A program made the position numbers and the translations under genes. Below, in pieces: positions 1 to 8,752 of a DNA stretch of 31,439 nucleotides. Numbering within the stretch: the stretch's first letter is position 1; each line of letters starts with the position of its first letter. The stretch is from NCBI GenBank assembly GCA_050633245.1, contig JBOEGD010000012.1, forward strand, positions 195,077-226,515, read 5' to 3'. Below the pieces are notes generated by a model, which ran no database searches, was not told where the DNA came from, and worked only from the letters and a program-made list of their open reading frames with translations. The stretch comes from Calditrichia bacterium (lineage in GTDB: Bacteria; Calditrichota; Calditrichia; RBG-13-44-9; J075).

Positions 1-14
1 CCCACACTACAAGA

Positions 15-1172
15 TTATTTCCCCACCGGTTGCAAAGCAGCTCTATAATAGAGTCGCTTAATAGCAGCATCTTCGAGGATGGAGTCGTAGGAGAACAGCA
101 TAAAGCCCGAGGGGGAGAGTTCGCGGAACTGCTTCACTTTTTGCATAGCAGCAGTGGAGGTTTGATTATATAGTGCCACGCCCATAATCAGCTTGCTGCT
201 GTCTACTGCGGCCATCATTTCGCGGCTACGCCGTAGAAACGTGGCGTGGTTAGGCGTGTAATTCATTGGGATAGCGTAATCCAGCCAACCTTCATTCACC
301 CAGCGATCCCAATCCTGAAAGAACTCCCAGTGTGCTTTCTTTAAATCCGGCTTTACAGCAGCGGATAATTTCACATTGGGATGATTTGAATGAACATATT
401 CCGAAACGTCTTGCACAAAGTTCGAAAGTTCGTCGCGCAAAAAAGCGCCCCAGCGTGAAAAGTGGAAATCATAACCAGTTTGACCATGATGGGCAATGAA
501 GGTATCAGGGTATTTTTTAAAGGTCAGCGGATCGATAAAGTACTTATTTTTAAAGCGCTCTCTCGCATCTTCGTTAAAGCCATATTCTCGCCCCGGATAT
601 CGAATATAGTCCAAGTGCAACCCATCCACTTGATAGTTGGCAAGAACATCCTTGATAACGGATAACAGATAGGCCTTCACATCATCATTCACCGGGGAAT
701 GATACAGTCCTTCCTGATTTCGCAGGTTGGTCTTAAGCTTATCTGTCTTTGTTGAATCATAGTTAAACGGCTGAACAATCCATTCAGGACGCTGATGAAA
801 GATGTGTTCAGGGGAATCCGGCTGTTTTTCTGCGCTCCAGAAATATAGCGCGTTTAACCACACGTGAACGCGATATGGTTTATCCTCAGTCTTGCTTAAT
901 AAATAGCCAAGCGGATCAAAGTCAACAGGAACACCTTCGGCACGCGGCTCAATACTGCTTTTATAATATGCATCCCCGCGACCGCGAATTTGTACAAACA
1001 GATCAGTGAACTGCATCTCTTCAGCGATTTTTAGCAGTTTGTCAATGCGTTCGGCTGTTGTCAGATTGTGTCTGACAATCCAAACACCACGGATTTCTTT
1101 TGGCTCTTCAGGGGCTTGTGAAAAAGCAGAAGCAGAAATAAGCAATAGGAACAGTAAAACAGCAGCTTTCAA
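15..1172 (-). CDS. Secreted family 10-like glycoside hydrolase (GHL10/DUF187, YddW/DigH-like)
   Basis: Motifs EIRGVWI, FVQIRGRGDAYY, FDPL, VHVWLN, VDGLHLDYIRYP and QDWDRWVNEGWLDYAIPMNY are typical of YddW/GHL10 TIM-barrel proteins. Start placed at TTG 1172 (GGAG 6 nt upstream), giving a clean signal peptide MKAAVLLFLLLISASAFS; the ORF-track ATG at 1214 is the alternative. Confidence 0.8.
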   Translation of the reverse strand: MKAAVLLFLLLISASAFSQAPEEPKEIRGVWIVRHNLTTAERIDKLLKIAEEMQFTDLFVQIRGRGDAYYKSSIEPRAEGVPVDFDPLGYLLSKTEDKPYRVHVWLNALYFWSAEKQPDSPEHIFHQRPEWIVQPFNYDSTKTDKLKTNLRNQEGLYHSPVNDDVKAYLLSVIKDVLANYQVDGLHLDYIRYPGREYGFNEDARERFKNKYFIDPLTFKKYPDTFIAHHGQTGYDFHFSRWGAFLRDELSNFVQDVSEYVHSNHPNVKLSAAVKPDLKKAHWEFFQDWDRWVNEGWLDYAIPMNYTPNHATFLRRSREMMAAVDSSKLIMGVALYNQTSTAAMQKVKQFRELSPSGFMLFSYDSILEDAAIKRLYYRAALQPVGK

Positions 1173-1267
1173 GATTAACTCCGAATTACAACACAATTTG
1201 TTGTTGGCAGGCATATTTGCGTTTGTAAAAATTGTTCAGTTTCAAGCGATTAGTATTATTAATCTAG

Positions 1268-1320
1268 TACCCCGCTTCGACATAGTGTATCCCTGGCGCA
1301 GTCGAAGCACTCGGTGTGAC
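1268..1320. repeat. Short imperfect palindrome, REP-like element
   Basis: 8-bp inverted repeat GCTTCGAC (1274-1281) / GTCGAAGC (1301-1308), a GC-rich patch in an AT-rich spacer; single copy in this window. Confidence 0.35.
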
Positions 1321-1361
1321 ATTAGAAAAACACATTTGGCATCAACTAAAAGATAAACAAT

Positions 1362-1398
1362 AAAAAAGGCGGAATCCATAAGATGAATTCCGCCTTTT
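1362..1398 (-). terminator. Intrinsic terminator ending the ribosomal supercluster (possibly bidirectional)
   Basis: Inverted repeat AAAAGGCGGAAT (1364-1375) / ATTCCGCCTTTT (1387-1398) with a T6 tract on the minus strand, ~25 nt after the rplQ stop. Confidence 0.9.
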
Positions 1399-1422
1399 AA
1401 ACTTTAGAAGTCAGATAGACAA

Positions 1423-2181
1423 TTATTCGGAGTCTTTCTTCTCCCCGGCATCATCTTTCTTTGCTGCAGGCTTCTTCTTTGCCGCAGGCTTTTTCTTAGG
1501 CTTCGCTTCAGCTTTAGGCTTATCGGAAACGGCATCTTTAACTTCTTCTACCTTTTCTTCAACAGCTTCTGCTACGTCTTCAGCCTTTTCCTTAACGGCT
1601 TCAACTGCATCTTCGACTTTATCTGCTACGGCTTCTGCGGCGTATTCAACTTTTTCTACAACAGTCTCTGCTGCATCTTTAACGTCTTCCACCACTTCTT
1701 CTACAGCATCTGCAGCCTTTTCAACTGCTCCGGAAACGGCAGCAGCAGCTTTTGCAGCAGTAGATGTCTTCTTCGGCGCCTTACGCTTTTTCGGCTTGGC
1801 AGCAGATTCGTCAATAATAAGCTGTTCGAATCCTACCAGCTGAAGAATAGCCATCTTAGCAGCATCACCCTGGCGTTGACCGAGTTTAATAACACGGGTA
1901 TAACCACCATCGCGACCATCAAAAGTCGGGGCGATCTCATCAAATAGAACCTTGACAATATCGCGGCTCTGCAGCAGCTTAAAAACTTGACGGCGTGAAT
2001 GAACCGTATCTTTTTTACCGTGAGTAATCAATCTTTCAACATAACGCTGTACGGCTTTCGCTTTGGTCAGCGTCGTGCGTATTTGGCGATGTACGATAAT
2101 AGCGGTTGCCATGTTTCGTAGTGTAGCCTTACGATGGCTGGCATTTCTGCCGAGCTTTTTTACTTTCTTACGATGTCGCAT
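1423..2181 (-). CDS. rplQ: 50S ribosomal protein L17 with long C-terminal extension
   Basis: MRHRKKVKKLGRNASHRKA...GGYTRVIKLGQRQGDAAKMAILQLV core (~117 aa), position after rpoA, plus ~135-aa low-complexity tail. Confidence 0.98.
   Translation of the reverse strand: MRHRKKVKKLGRNASHRKATLRNMATAIIVHRQIRTTLTKAKAVQRYVERLITHGKKDTVHSRRQVFKLLQSRDIVKVLFDEIAPTFDGRDGGYTRVIKLGQRQGDAAKMAILQLVGFEQLIIDESAAKPKKRKAPKKTSTAAKAAAAVSGAVEKAADAVEEVVEDVKDAAETVVEKVEYAAEAVADKVEDAVEAVKEKAEDVAEAVEEKVEEVKDAVSDKPKAEAKPKKKPAAKKKPAAKKDDAGEKKDSE
1531..1728 (-). repeat. Six degenerate 33-bp (11-aa) tandem repeats inside rplQ
   Basis: Residues 152-217: AVEKAADAVEE / VVEDVKDAAET / VVEKVEYAAEA / VADKVEDAVEA / VKEKAEDVAEA / VEEKVEEVKDA. 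Confidence 0.8.
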
Positions 2182-2209
2182 TGTGGATACTCCGTGTTAC
2201 CTTGTGCTA

Positions 2210-3193
2210 TTAATCTTCGCCCTTCAAATACTTATCTACGTCCATTCCGAAGTAGAGACCTTTCTTCTCCAGAATTTCCTGAATTTCCTGTAGAGACTTG
2301 CGTCCGAAGTTGCGGAACTTCAACAATTCGGCTTCGTCAAGACGAACAAGATCGCCAATGGTTTTGATGTTGGCATTTTTCAAACAATTGTGAGAACGAA
2401 CAGACAGTTCCAGCTCATCTACGTTCATCTTCAGCAGTTTCTTGATGCGAAGAACTTCTTCATCAATTTCCTGTGTCTCTTCTTCTTCAGGCTCGAAGTC
2501 GAAGTTAATAAACAGCTGTACGTGATCTTTAATAATCTTACCGGCGAAGGTAAGAGCATCATCAGGTGTAATGCTGCCATCGGTTTCAATCTCAAGAACC
2601 AGCTTCTCATAATCTGTTCGTTGACCAACGCGAACATTCTCGACGTTGAAACGCACGTTAAAGATTGGTGAGAAGATAGAGTCGATCGGAATCAGTCCGA
2701 TTGATGCTTCAAGCGGCTTATTCTCTTCTGCAGGAACGTAACCACGTCCTTTACCAACGCGAATTTCCATCTCTATATCTGCAGAGGGGTTCAACGTGGC
2801 AATATGTAGTTCGGGATTCAACACCTCAAAGTCGGTGGTGTATTTTTCCAGATCACCCGCAGTAAAGTTACCCGAGCCTTTCAGATTCAGACTCACTTTA
2901 TCCGGACGCTTATTAAGCAGCTTGATGCGAACTTGCTTAAGGTTCAGGATAATGTCGGTCAGATCTTCTTTAACACCATCGATAGTCGAAAATTCGTGCT
3001 GAACGCCATCGATGCGTATTGCGGTAATTGCAGCGCCCTGAATAGATGATAGCAAGACTCTTCTAAACAGATTACCGAGCGTAACTCCGAAGCCTCGCTC
3101 TAGTGGCTGCACGACAAAACGACCAAAGTTGGTCGAAAAATTTGTTTCGTCGAGTTCAACCTTTTCTGGCATCAATAAGTTTACCCAGTTCAT
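2210..3193 (-). CDS. rpoA: DNA-directed RNA polymerase subunit alpha
   Basis: PLERGFGVTLGN, GVQHEFSTIDGVKED, DELELSVRSHNCLK, NFGRKSL motifs. Start at ATG 3193 (GGAGA SD) rather than the ORF-track 3223. Confidence 0.98.
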   Translation of the reverse strand: MNWVNLLMPEKVELDETNFSTNFGRFVVQPLERGFGVTLGNLFRRVLLSSIQGAAITAIRIDGVQHEFSTIDGVKEDLTDIILNLKQVRIKLLNKRPDKVSLNLKGSGNFTAGDLEKYTTDFEVLNPELHIATLNPSADIEMEIRVGKGRGYVPAEENKPLEASIGLIPIDSIFSPIFNVRFNVENVRVGQRTDYEKLVLEIETDGSITPDDALTFAGKIIKDHVQLFINFDFEPEEEETQEIDEEVLRIKKLLKMNVDELELSVRSHNCLKNANIKTIGDLVRLDEAELLKFRNFGRKSLQEIQEILEKKGLYFGMDVDKYLKGED

Positions 3194-3245
3194 ATATCTC
3201 CCAGCTAGGATTTTAGATGACACTCGTAATTAATTTCATTTTGCT

Positions 3246-3292
3246 AAAAACACGCTCACGTACGGCATAATAGTCTCCGTCGTGAGCGTTTA
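3246..3292 (-). terminator. Terminator-like hairpin between rpsK and rpoA
   Basis: 13-bp stem with one bulge: ACGCTCACG-T-ACGG (3252-3265) / CCGT-CGTGAGCGT (3277-3289), followed on the minus strand by GTTTTT. Confidence 0.55.
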
Positions 3293-3317
3293 AAATCAAT
3301 TCGAAAAAATGACGGAG

Positions 3318-3707
3318 TTAAACCCGACGTTTCTTCGGAGGACGACAGCCATTGTGCGGAATCGGCGTTACATCCTTAATAGAAAGAATTTCCAGTCCGG
3401 CTGCCTGTAGCGAGCGAATTGCTGCTTCACGGCCACCGCCTGGTCCTTTAACCTCAACGTCTACCTGACGCAGGCCAAGTTCCATTGCTTCCTTAGCAGC
3501 CGTTTCGGCTGACATCTGAGCAGCATATGGTGTATTCTTACGGGATCCTTTGAAGCCCACCTTACCGGCGGAAGCCCATGAAATCACGTTACCTTTTTGA
3601 TCGCAAAGCGTAATATTCGTGTTGTTAAACGTCGAACGAATTTTTGCCATCCCTAGGGGATCAACGCGATCTTTCTTTTTTCGTACGGTACGACCTCTTT
3701 TTGCCAA
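3318..3707 (-). CDS. rpsK: 30S ribosomal protein S11
   Basis: [38 protein letters not shown]; TTG start with GGAGG SD. Confidence 0.99.
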   Translation of the reverse strand: MAKRGRTVRKKKDRVDPLGMAKIRSTFNNTNITLCDQKGNVISWASAGKVGFKGSRKNTPYAAQMSAETAAKEAMELGLRQVDVEVKGPGGGREAAIRSLQAAGLEILSIKDVTPIPHNGCRPPKKRRV

Positions 3708-3745
3708 AAGATGATCCTCCTGATATTCGAATGATTGCTACTGTA

Positions 3746-4114
3746 TTATTTCTTTTTCTTCGTTACTGCGCGACGGCGTCCCTTACGGGTGCGAGCATTT
3801 GTAGATGTCCGCTGGCCGTGTGCCGGAAGCCCCATCTTATGACGAGTTCCGCGATAGCAGCCAATGTCGATCAGGCGCTTAATATTCATATTTACTTCAG
3901 CCTTTAGCGCACCTTCAACCTTGTAATTCGCCTGAATATTCTCGCGAATTCTTTTAACATGGTCATCTGTAATGGCATGAACGCGAGTTGTCGGCTCAAT
4001 GCCGGTTTCGCTGCAAATACGCTCAGCCGTAGTACGGCCAATGCCAAAGATATAAGTTAAAGCGATGTGTAATGGCTTGTTTTTCGGTAAATCTACACCA
4101 ACAATACGGGCCAC
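3746..4114 (-). CDS. rpsM: 30S ribosomal protein S13
   Basis: [32 protein letters not shown]; GTG start with AGGAGG SD. Confidence 0.99.
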   Translation of the reverse strand: MARIVGVDLPKNKPLHIALTYIFGIGRTTAERICSETGIEPTTRVHAITDDHVKRIRENIQANYKVEGALKAEVNMNIKRLIDIGCYRGTRHKMGLPAHGQRTSTNARTRKGRRRAVTKKKK

Positions 4115-4137
4115 GAAAAACCTCCTGGTTCAGCAAA

Positions 4138-4167
4138 ATTTTATAGTTGCAAATAATCTGTTTTCAA
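4138..4167 (-). promoter_or_regulatory. Candidate sigma70 promoter upstream of rpsM (alpha-operon promoter position)
   Basis: TTGAAA (4167-4162) followed by TAAAAT at 18 nt or TATAAA at 16 nt spacing in an AT-rich 75-nt spacer. Confidence 0.35.
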
Positions 4168-4189
4168 TTTTTCAACGGGCGATATCGAC

Positions 4190-4306
4190 TTAACCCTGAC
4201 GCTGCTTGTGACGGGGATTGCGTTTGCAAATAACCCGAACCACGCCTTTACGACGAATAATACGGCAGTACTCACAGCGTTTTTTTACGGAAGCCTGTAC
4301 TTTCAT
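4190..4306 (-). CDS. rpmJ: 50S ribosomal protein L36 (Zn-binding form)
   Basis: Not in the ORF track; hand translation [38 protein letters not shown] (38 aa), between infA and rpsM. Confidence 0.98.
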   Translation of the reverse strand: MKVQASVKKRCEYCRIIRRKGVVRVICKRNPRHKQRQG

Positions 4307-4317
4307 AACTTGATTCC

Positions 4318-4536
4318 TTATTTGTAGCGATACGTGATACGACCGCGGCTCAAATCATAAGGTGATAGTTCCATCTTTACCTTATCACCTGGTAATATTT
4401 TAATAAAGTGCATTCGCATTTTTCCAGACACGTGCGCTAATACTTCGTGCCCACCTTCCAGCTCTACGCGGAAAGTAGCGTTTGGCAACGTTTCTTTAAT
4501 GATGCCGTCTACAGGAATTGGTTGTTCTTTTGCCAA
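4318..4536 (-). CDS. infA: Translation initiation factor IF-1
   Basis: [44 protein letters not shown]; TTG start. Confidence 0.99.
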   Translation of the reverse strand: MAKEQPIPVDGIIKETLPNATFRVELEGGHEVLAHVSGKMRMHFIKILPGDKVKMELSPYDLSRGRITYRYK

Positions 4537-4544
4537 ATTTCTAC

Positions 4545-5306
4545 CTATGGTCTTAATGAATGTTGTGTCAAAATTTCCGGCTTCCCATCACATATCAACA
4601 CCGTGTGCTCATAATGTGCTGAAGGTAGCCTGTCTGCCGTTACGACAGTCCACTTATCGTCAAGGGTTTCTACTCTAATCGTGCCGGTATTAATCATTGG
4701 CTCAATAGCCAGCGTCATACCCGATTTTAGTGCGACTCCCTTTCCGGGGGTTCCATAATTCGGAACCTGCGGATCTTCGTGCAGTTTTTTTCCTATTCCG
4801 TGCCCGACAAGTTCGCGGACGACGTGATAGCCGTTTGATTCGGCGTGCTGCTGAATAGCAGCGGAAATATCCTGCAAATGATTCCCGGCTCGAGCATTTT
4901 CCAAGCCGTCATGCAGAGATTTCCAGGTTACTCGCATCAGGTGAAGTTTGTCATCATCTACTTTTCCAACCGGAAAGGTATATGCTGCATCTCCATAGTA
5001 TCCATCGATACGAACACCGATATCAACACTGACAATCTGCCCTTCTTCTAAAACCCGACTACCGGAAGGAATTCCATGAACGACTTCCTCGTCGACTGAG
5101 ATACAGGCACTTGCCGGAAATCCATACAACCCTTTAAATGCCGGGTAACCACCGTTATCAACAATAAATTGTTCTACTTTATCATCGATGTCTTTTGTTG
5201 TTACACCAGGCTTAACAAAAGGCTCAATATATTCAAAGGTCTTTGAGACCAAACCAGCGCTGACTCTCATCAGCGCTATTTCTCTTTCGCTTTTCAACCG
5301 AATCAT
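4545..5306 (-). CDS. map: Type I methionine aminopeptidase
   Basis: [17 protein letters not shown]...YYGDAA, GHGIG..LHEDP, AIEPMIN, SAHYEHT metal-binding motifs. Start at ATG 5306 (MIRLKSERE) just after the secY stop. Confidence 0.97.
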   Translation of the reverse strand: MIRLKSEREIALMRVSAGLVSKTFEYIEPFVKPGVTTKDIDDKVEQFIVDNGGYPAFKGLYGFPASACISVDEEVVHGIPSGSRVLEEGQIVSVDIGVRIDGYYGDAAYTFPVGKVDDDKLHLMRVTWKSLHDGLENARAGNHLQDISAAIQQHAESNGYHVVRELVGHGIGKKLHEDPQVPNYGTPGKGVALKSGMTLAIEPMINTGTIRVETLDDKWTVVTADRLPSAHYEHTVLICDGKPEILTQHSLRP

Positions 5307-5313
5307 TACGTGC

Positions 5314-6624
5314 TTAAGCTCTCCTGCCGCGGATACGTCCACCGCTTGAGCTGCTAAAGCCGTCATAATGTCGCATATACAGATGCGATTCTACCTGCTG
5401 GATAAAGTCTAGTACCACACCCACGATAATTAACAAGCCGGTGCCACCAAAGAACGAGGCATAGTCCATTCCGATTCCAAACCATGAGTAAAGCAGGTAT
5501 GGAACGATGGCAACAAGTGCCAGTGAAATAGATCCGGGCAGCGTGACGCGAGTAAGAATGCGATCCAGATATTCAGCAGTACGTGGTCCGGGACGAACGC
5601 CGGGAATAAAACCACCCTGCTTTTTCAGATTGTCTGCCACCTCAACCGGATTCAAAATAATCGCAGTGTAGAAGTAAGTAAAAAAGACAATCATGAGTCC
5701 GTAGATAATCCAGTACCATATAGAATCAATTGCAAAGATATCATTCAACCAGATTGCAATCCCACTCTCAGGGAACAGACTTGCAACCGTTTGCGGAATA
5801 AACATGATAGCCTGAGCAAAAATGATAGGCATTACACCAGCAGTATTTACGCGCAACGGAAAGTGTGTATTTACTCCACCGTAAACCTTGCGTCCGACAA
5901 CACGCTTTGCGTACTGCACCGGTATTTTTCGCTGTCCCTGAGTTAGAGCAACAACAAAGTAGATAATCGCTAAGGCTAATACGATTAAGAAGATCTCAAC
6001 CAGAAGCGAGCGATTACCACTGCTGAATTCCAGCCATTCTGTGGTCAATGCTGCAGGCAAGGCTGCGATAATACCAATAAAGATGAGTAGTGAAATACCA
6101 TTTCCAATGCCGCGTTCGGTAATCTGCTCTCCAAGCCACATCAGTAGCATGGTTCCAGATCCCATCGCAACCATCACGGTCAGCTTAAAACCGATACCGG
6201 GTGAAAGTGCGACGCCTTGGCTTTCAAGCAAAATAGCCACACCAAAAGACTGCGCGGTTGAGATTGCCAACGTGGAATAACGGGTCCACTGAGTAATTTT
6301 CTTACGTCCTTCTTCTCCCTGCTGTTGGAGGCGCTGAACCGTCGGCCAAACCGCTCCTAACAACTGAAAGATAATAGAGGCACTAATGTAAGGCATAATT
6401 CCAAGTCCGAATATAGCGGCTTTACTAAAGCCACCTCCGGCAAACAGGTCGTACAAGCCAAAAAGCCCACCAAGGTTACCCATGCGCTCTGCAAGAACGG
6501 CGGTGTTAACTCCAGGGACAACCACGTGAGTTCCCAGTCTTGCGACCAGAAGAATCCCAATCGTAAAAATAATGCGTTTTTTCAGATCGGGAATCTTAAA
6601 TATGTTTTTAAATGTTTCAATCAT
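5314..6624 (-). CDS. secY: Preprotein translocase subunit SecY
   Basis: LGIMPYISASII, WLGEQITERGIGNGISL, GGFIPGVRPG, GGTGLLIIVGV; multiple TM segments; ATGA overlap with rplO. Confidence 0.99.
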   Translation of the reverse strand: MIETFKNIFKIPDLKKRIIFTIGILLVARLGTHVVVPGVNTAVLAERMGNLGGLFGLYDLFAGGGFSKAAIFGLGIMPYISASIIFQLLGAVWPTVQRLQQQGEEGRKKITQWTRYSTLAISTAQSFGVAILLESQGVALSPGIGFKLTVMVAMGSGTMLLMWLGEQITERGIGNGISLLIFIGIIAALPAALTTEWLEFSSGNRSLLVEIFLIVLALAIIYFVVALTQGQRKIPVQYAKRVVGRKVYGGVNTHFPLRVNTAGVMPIIFAQAIMFIPQTVASLFPESGIAIWLNDIFAIDSIWYWIIYGLMIVFFTYFYTAIILNPVEVADNLKKQGGFIPGVRPGPRTAEYLDRILTRVTLPGSISLALVAIVPYLLYSWFGIGMDYASFFGGTGLLIIVGVVLDFIQQVESHLYMRHYDGFSSSSGGRIRGRRA

Positions 6625-7061
6625 AACAGCGTAACGGAGCCTCCTGCCTTTTCAATCTGTTCTTGAGCAGATTTACTCACAGCATGCACCTTCAAGGTAA
6701 CCTTCTTCTTCAACTCTCCGCTTCCCAATATCTTAATTGGCGCGTTGGCTTTTTTCACCAGTCCATTAGCCTGCAAGACTTCCGGTGTCAGCTCATCCGC
6801 ACTTTCAATCTTCTCCAAATCACCCACATTAACCACTTGATAAACAACTTTACCATGATTGTGGAAACCAAACTTTGGCAAACGACGCTGAATTGGCATC
6901 TGTCCACCTTCAAACCAGCTACGGCGTTTTGAACCGGAACGTGATCGCTGTCCATTATGACCACGACCAGCAGTTTTACCCGTTCCAGAAGCCTGTCCAC
7001 GACCAATCCGCTTATCTTTGCGAGTTGCGCCGGGTGCGCTCTTTAATGATCCTAAACTCAT
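6621..7061 (-). CDS. rplO: 50S ribosomal protein L15
   Basis: RIGRGQASGTGKTAGRGHNGQRSRSG, FEGGQMPIQRRLPKFGF. Confidence 0.99.
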   Translation of the reverse strand: MSLGSLKSAPGATRKDKRIGRGQASGTGKTAGRGHNGQRSRSGSKRRSWFEGGQMPIQRRLPKFGFHNHGKVVYQVVNVGDLEKIESADELTPEVLQANGLVKKANAPIKILGSGELKKKVTLKVHAVSKSAQEQIEKAGGSVTLL

Positions 7062-7084
7062 TGCTTTATCCTCTAACTAAATCA

Positions 7085-7285
7085 TTAACCGACTTCTTCA
7101 ACATGCACAAGGTGTTTTACCTTGAACACCATACCACGAGTCTGCGGATTGTCCTTTTGAACAACCGTTTGGTTCATACGACGCAGCCCAAGTGCCTCCA
7201 TGGTACGCTTTTGATCAGACTTGCGTCCGATAATACTGCGAACCTGGGTTATTTTCAACGATTTTTCTTGCTTTTTCTTCGCCAT
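7085..7285 (-). CDS. rpmD: 50S ribosomal protein L30
   Basis: [31 protein letters not shown]; synteny. Confidence 0.97.
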   Translation of the reverse strand: MAKKKQEKSLKITQVRSIIGRKSDQKRTMEALGLRRMNQTVVQKDNPQTRGMVFKVKHLVHVEEVG

Positions 7286-7303
7286 GATATACTCTCATCA
7301 GGG

Positions 7304-7810
7304 TTACTTGTTGTACAGCTCTTCCACGGTTAGTCCGCGATTGCGAGCGATTGCTGCAGGGTCTTCGAGCTTCTTTAATGCGACCACAGTAGCTTTCACC
7401 ACATTGTGCGGATTCGAGGATCCCATAATTTTGGTAAGAATATTGCGCACGCCGACCATTTCACAGATGGCGCGAACAGGTCCACCAGCGATAATACCAG
7501 TACCGGGAGAGGCTGGAATCAGCTTCACTTTTCCGGCTCCGTATTTTCCATAAATCGGATACGGAATAGTACCTTCGATGAGGTGTACTTTTACAATATC
7601 TTTTTTGGCTCGTTCAGTAGCCTTGGAAATAGCGTTTACAACTTCATTTGCTTTTCCAAGTCCAACACCAACGTTACCGTTTCCATCACCAACTACGACG
7701 ATGGCGCTAAAGCTAAATCGACGTCCACCTTTTACTACCTTAGCGACGCGATTGATATAAACGACCTTTTCTTTCAGGTCTAGCTCGTGTGCATTGATTC
7801 TGTCGCTCAC
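7304..7810 (-). CDS. rpsE: 30S ribosomal protein S5
   Basis: [36 protein letters not shown]; GTG start. Confidence 0.99.
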   Translation of the reverse strand: MSDRINAHELDLKEKVVYINRVAKVVKGGRRFSFSAIVVVGDGNGNVGVGLGKANEVVNAISKATERAKKDIVKVHLIEGTIPYPIYGKYGAGKVKLIPASPGTGIIAGGPVRAICEMVGVRNILTKIMGSSNPHNVVKATVVALKKLEDPAAIARNRGLTVEELYNK

Positions 7811-7825
7811 AATTGCCTCTCTACG

Positions 7826-8170
7826 TTAGAATACCAGACCACCCTTGCGGGCACCATCAGCTAGCGCTTTTACACGCCCGTGATAACGATATCCGTTGCG
7901 GTCAAATACAACATTTTCAATCTTCTTTTCTTTGGCTTTTTTGGCCAGATATTCACCAATAATCGTGCTTGCCTCAACGCGGTTCTTGGCTTTCTTCAGA
8001 TCCTTTGCAAGCTCTTTAGTCAAATTTGAAGCGCCAATCAGCGTCTGCTGACTGACGTCATCAATAATCTGTCCATAGATATGCTTCACGCTACGGAAAA
8101 CCACCAAACGTGGCTTTTGAGCAGTTCCAACGATCTTTTTCTTACGACGAATGTTTGCTTTCTTACTCAT
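7826..8170 (-). CDS. rplR: 50S ribosomal protein L18
   Basis: PRLVVFRS, VVFDRNGYRYHGRVKALADGARKGGL. Confidence 0.99.
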   Translation of the reverse strand: MSKKANIRRKKKIVGTAQKPRLVVFRSVKHIYGQIIDDVSQQTLIGASNLTKELAKDLKKAKNRVEASTIIGEYLAKKAKEKKIENVVFDRNGYRYHGRVKALADGARKGGLVF

Positions 8171-8187
8171 GGCGATTACTTTCTCAC

Positions 8188-8724
8188 CTATTTAGCGGTT
8201 TTACCTGCCTTACGGCGAACAACTTCATTTTCATAACGAATGCCCTTGCCCTTATAGGGCTCTGGAGGACGAAATGAGCGAACTTTTGCAGCTATCTGAC
8301 CAACCAAGACTTTATCAATGCCGGAAACACTCAACTTTGTAGCAGAAGCTACATCAATAGAGATTTCCTTTGGCGGCATTAGAAAGATTGGGTGGGAATA
8401 TCCCAACGTAAACATAGCGCCGGTGGGTTTTTTCTCAACCTTATAACCAACACCTTCAATTTCAAGGTTAATGGTATAGCCCTTTGTAACACCCACGACC
8501 ATATTATTGATCAGTGTGCGCGTAAGGCCATGGAGAGAACGCCACTTGCGCTCATTGTTAGGACGATCGACGTTGAGCGTTCCATCTTCCATTTTCAGGA
8601 TCATACCCGAATCGACTTTTTGTTCCAGTTCGCCTTTCGGCCCTTTAACCTTCACCAAGCCGTTAGCAATGTCAATCTTCACATCGCCGGGGATCTCTAT
8701 AGGCAGTTTACCAATGCGAGACAC
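8188..8724 (-). CDS. rplF: 50S ribosomal protein L6
   Basis: MSRIGKLPI, LGYSHP, RPPEPYKGKGIRY; GTG start. Confidence 0.99.
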   Translation of the reverse strand: MSRIGKLPIEIPGDVKIDIANGLVKVKGPKGELEQKVDSGMILKMEDGTLNVDRPNNERKWRSLHGLTRTLINNMVVGVTKGYTINLEIEGVGYKVEKKPTGAMFTLGYSHPIFLMPPKEISIDVASATKLSVSGIDKVLVGQIAAKVRSFRPPEPYKGKGIRYENEVVRRKAGKTAK

Positions 8725-8752
8725 GGAATTACCTCATTACAGTTTAAATTTC

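Noticed and set aside
5307-5366. N-terminal extension of Map in the ORF track
   Set aside because: It overlaps the secY 3' end; homologues begin at MI-x-LKS (ATG 5306).
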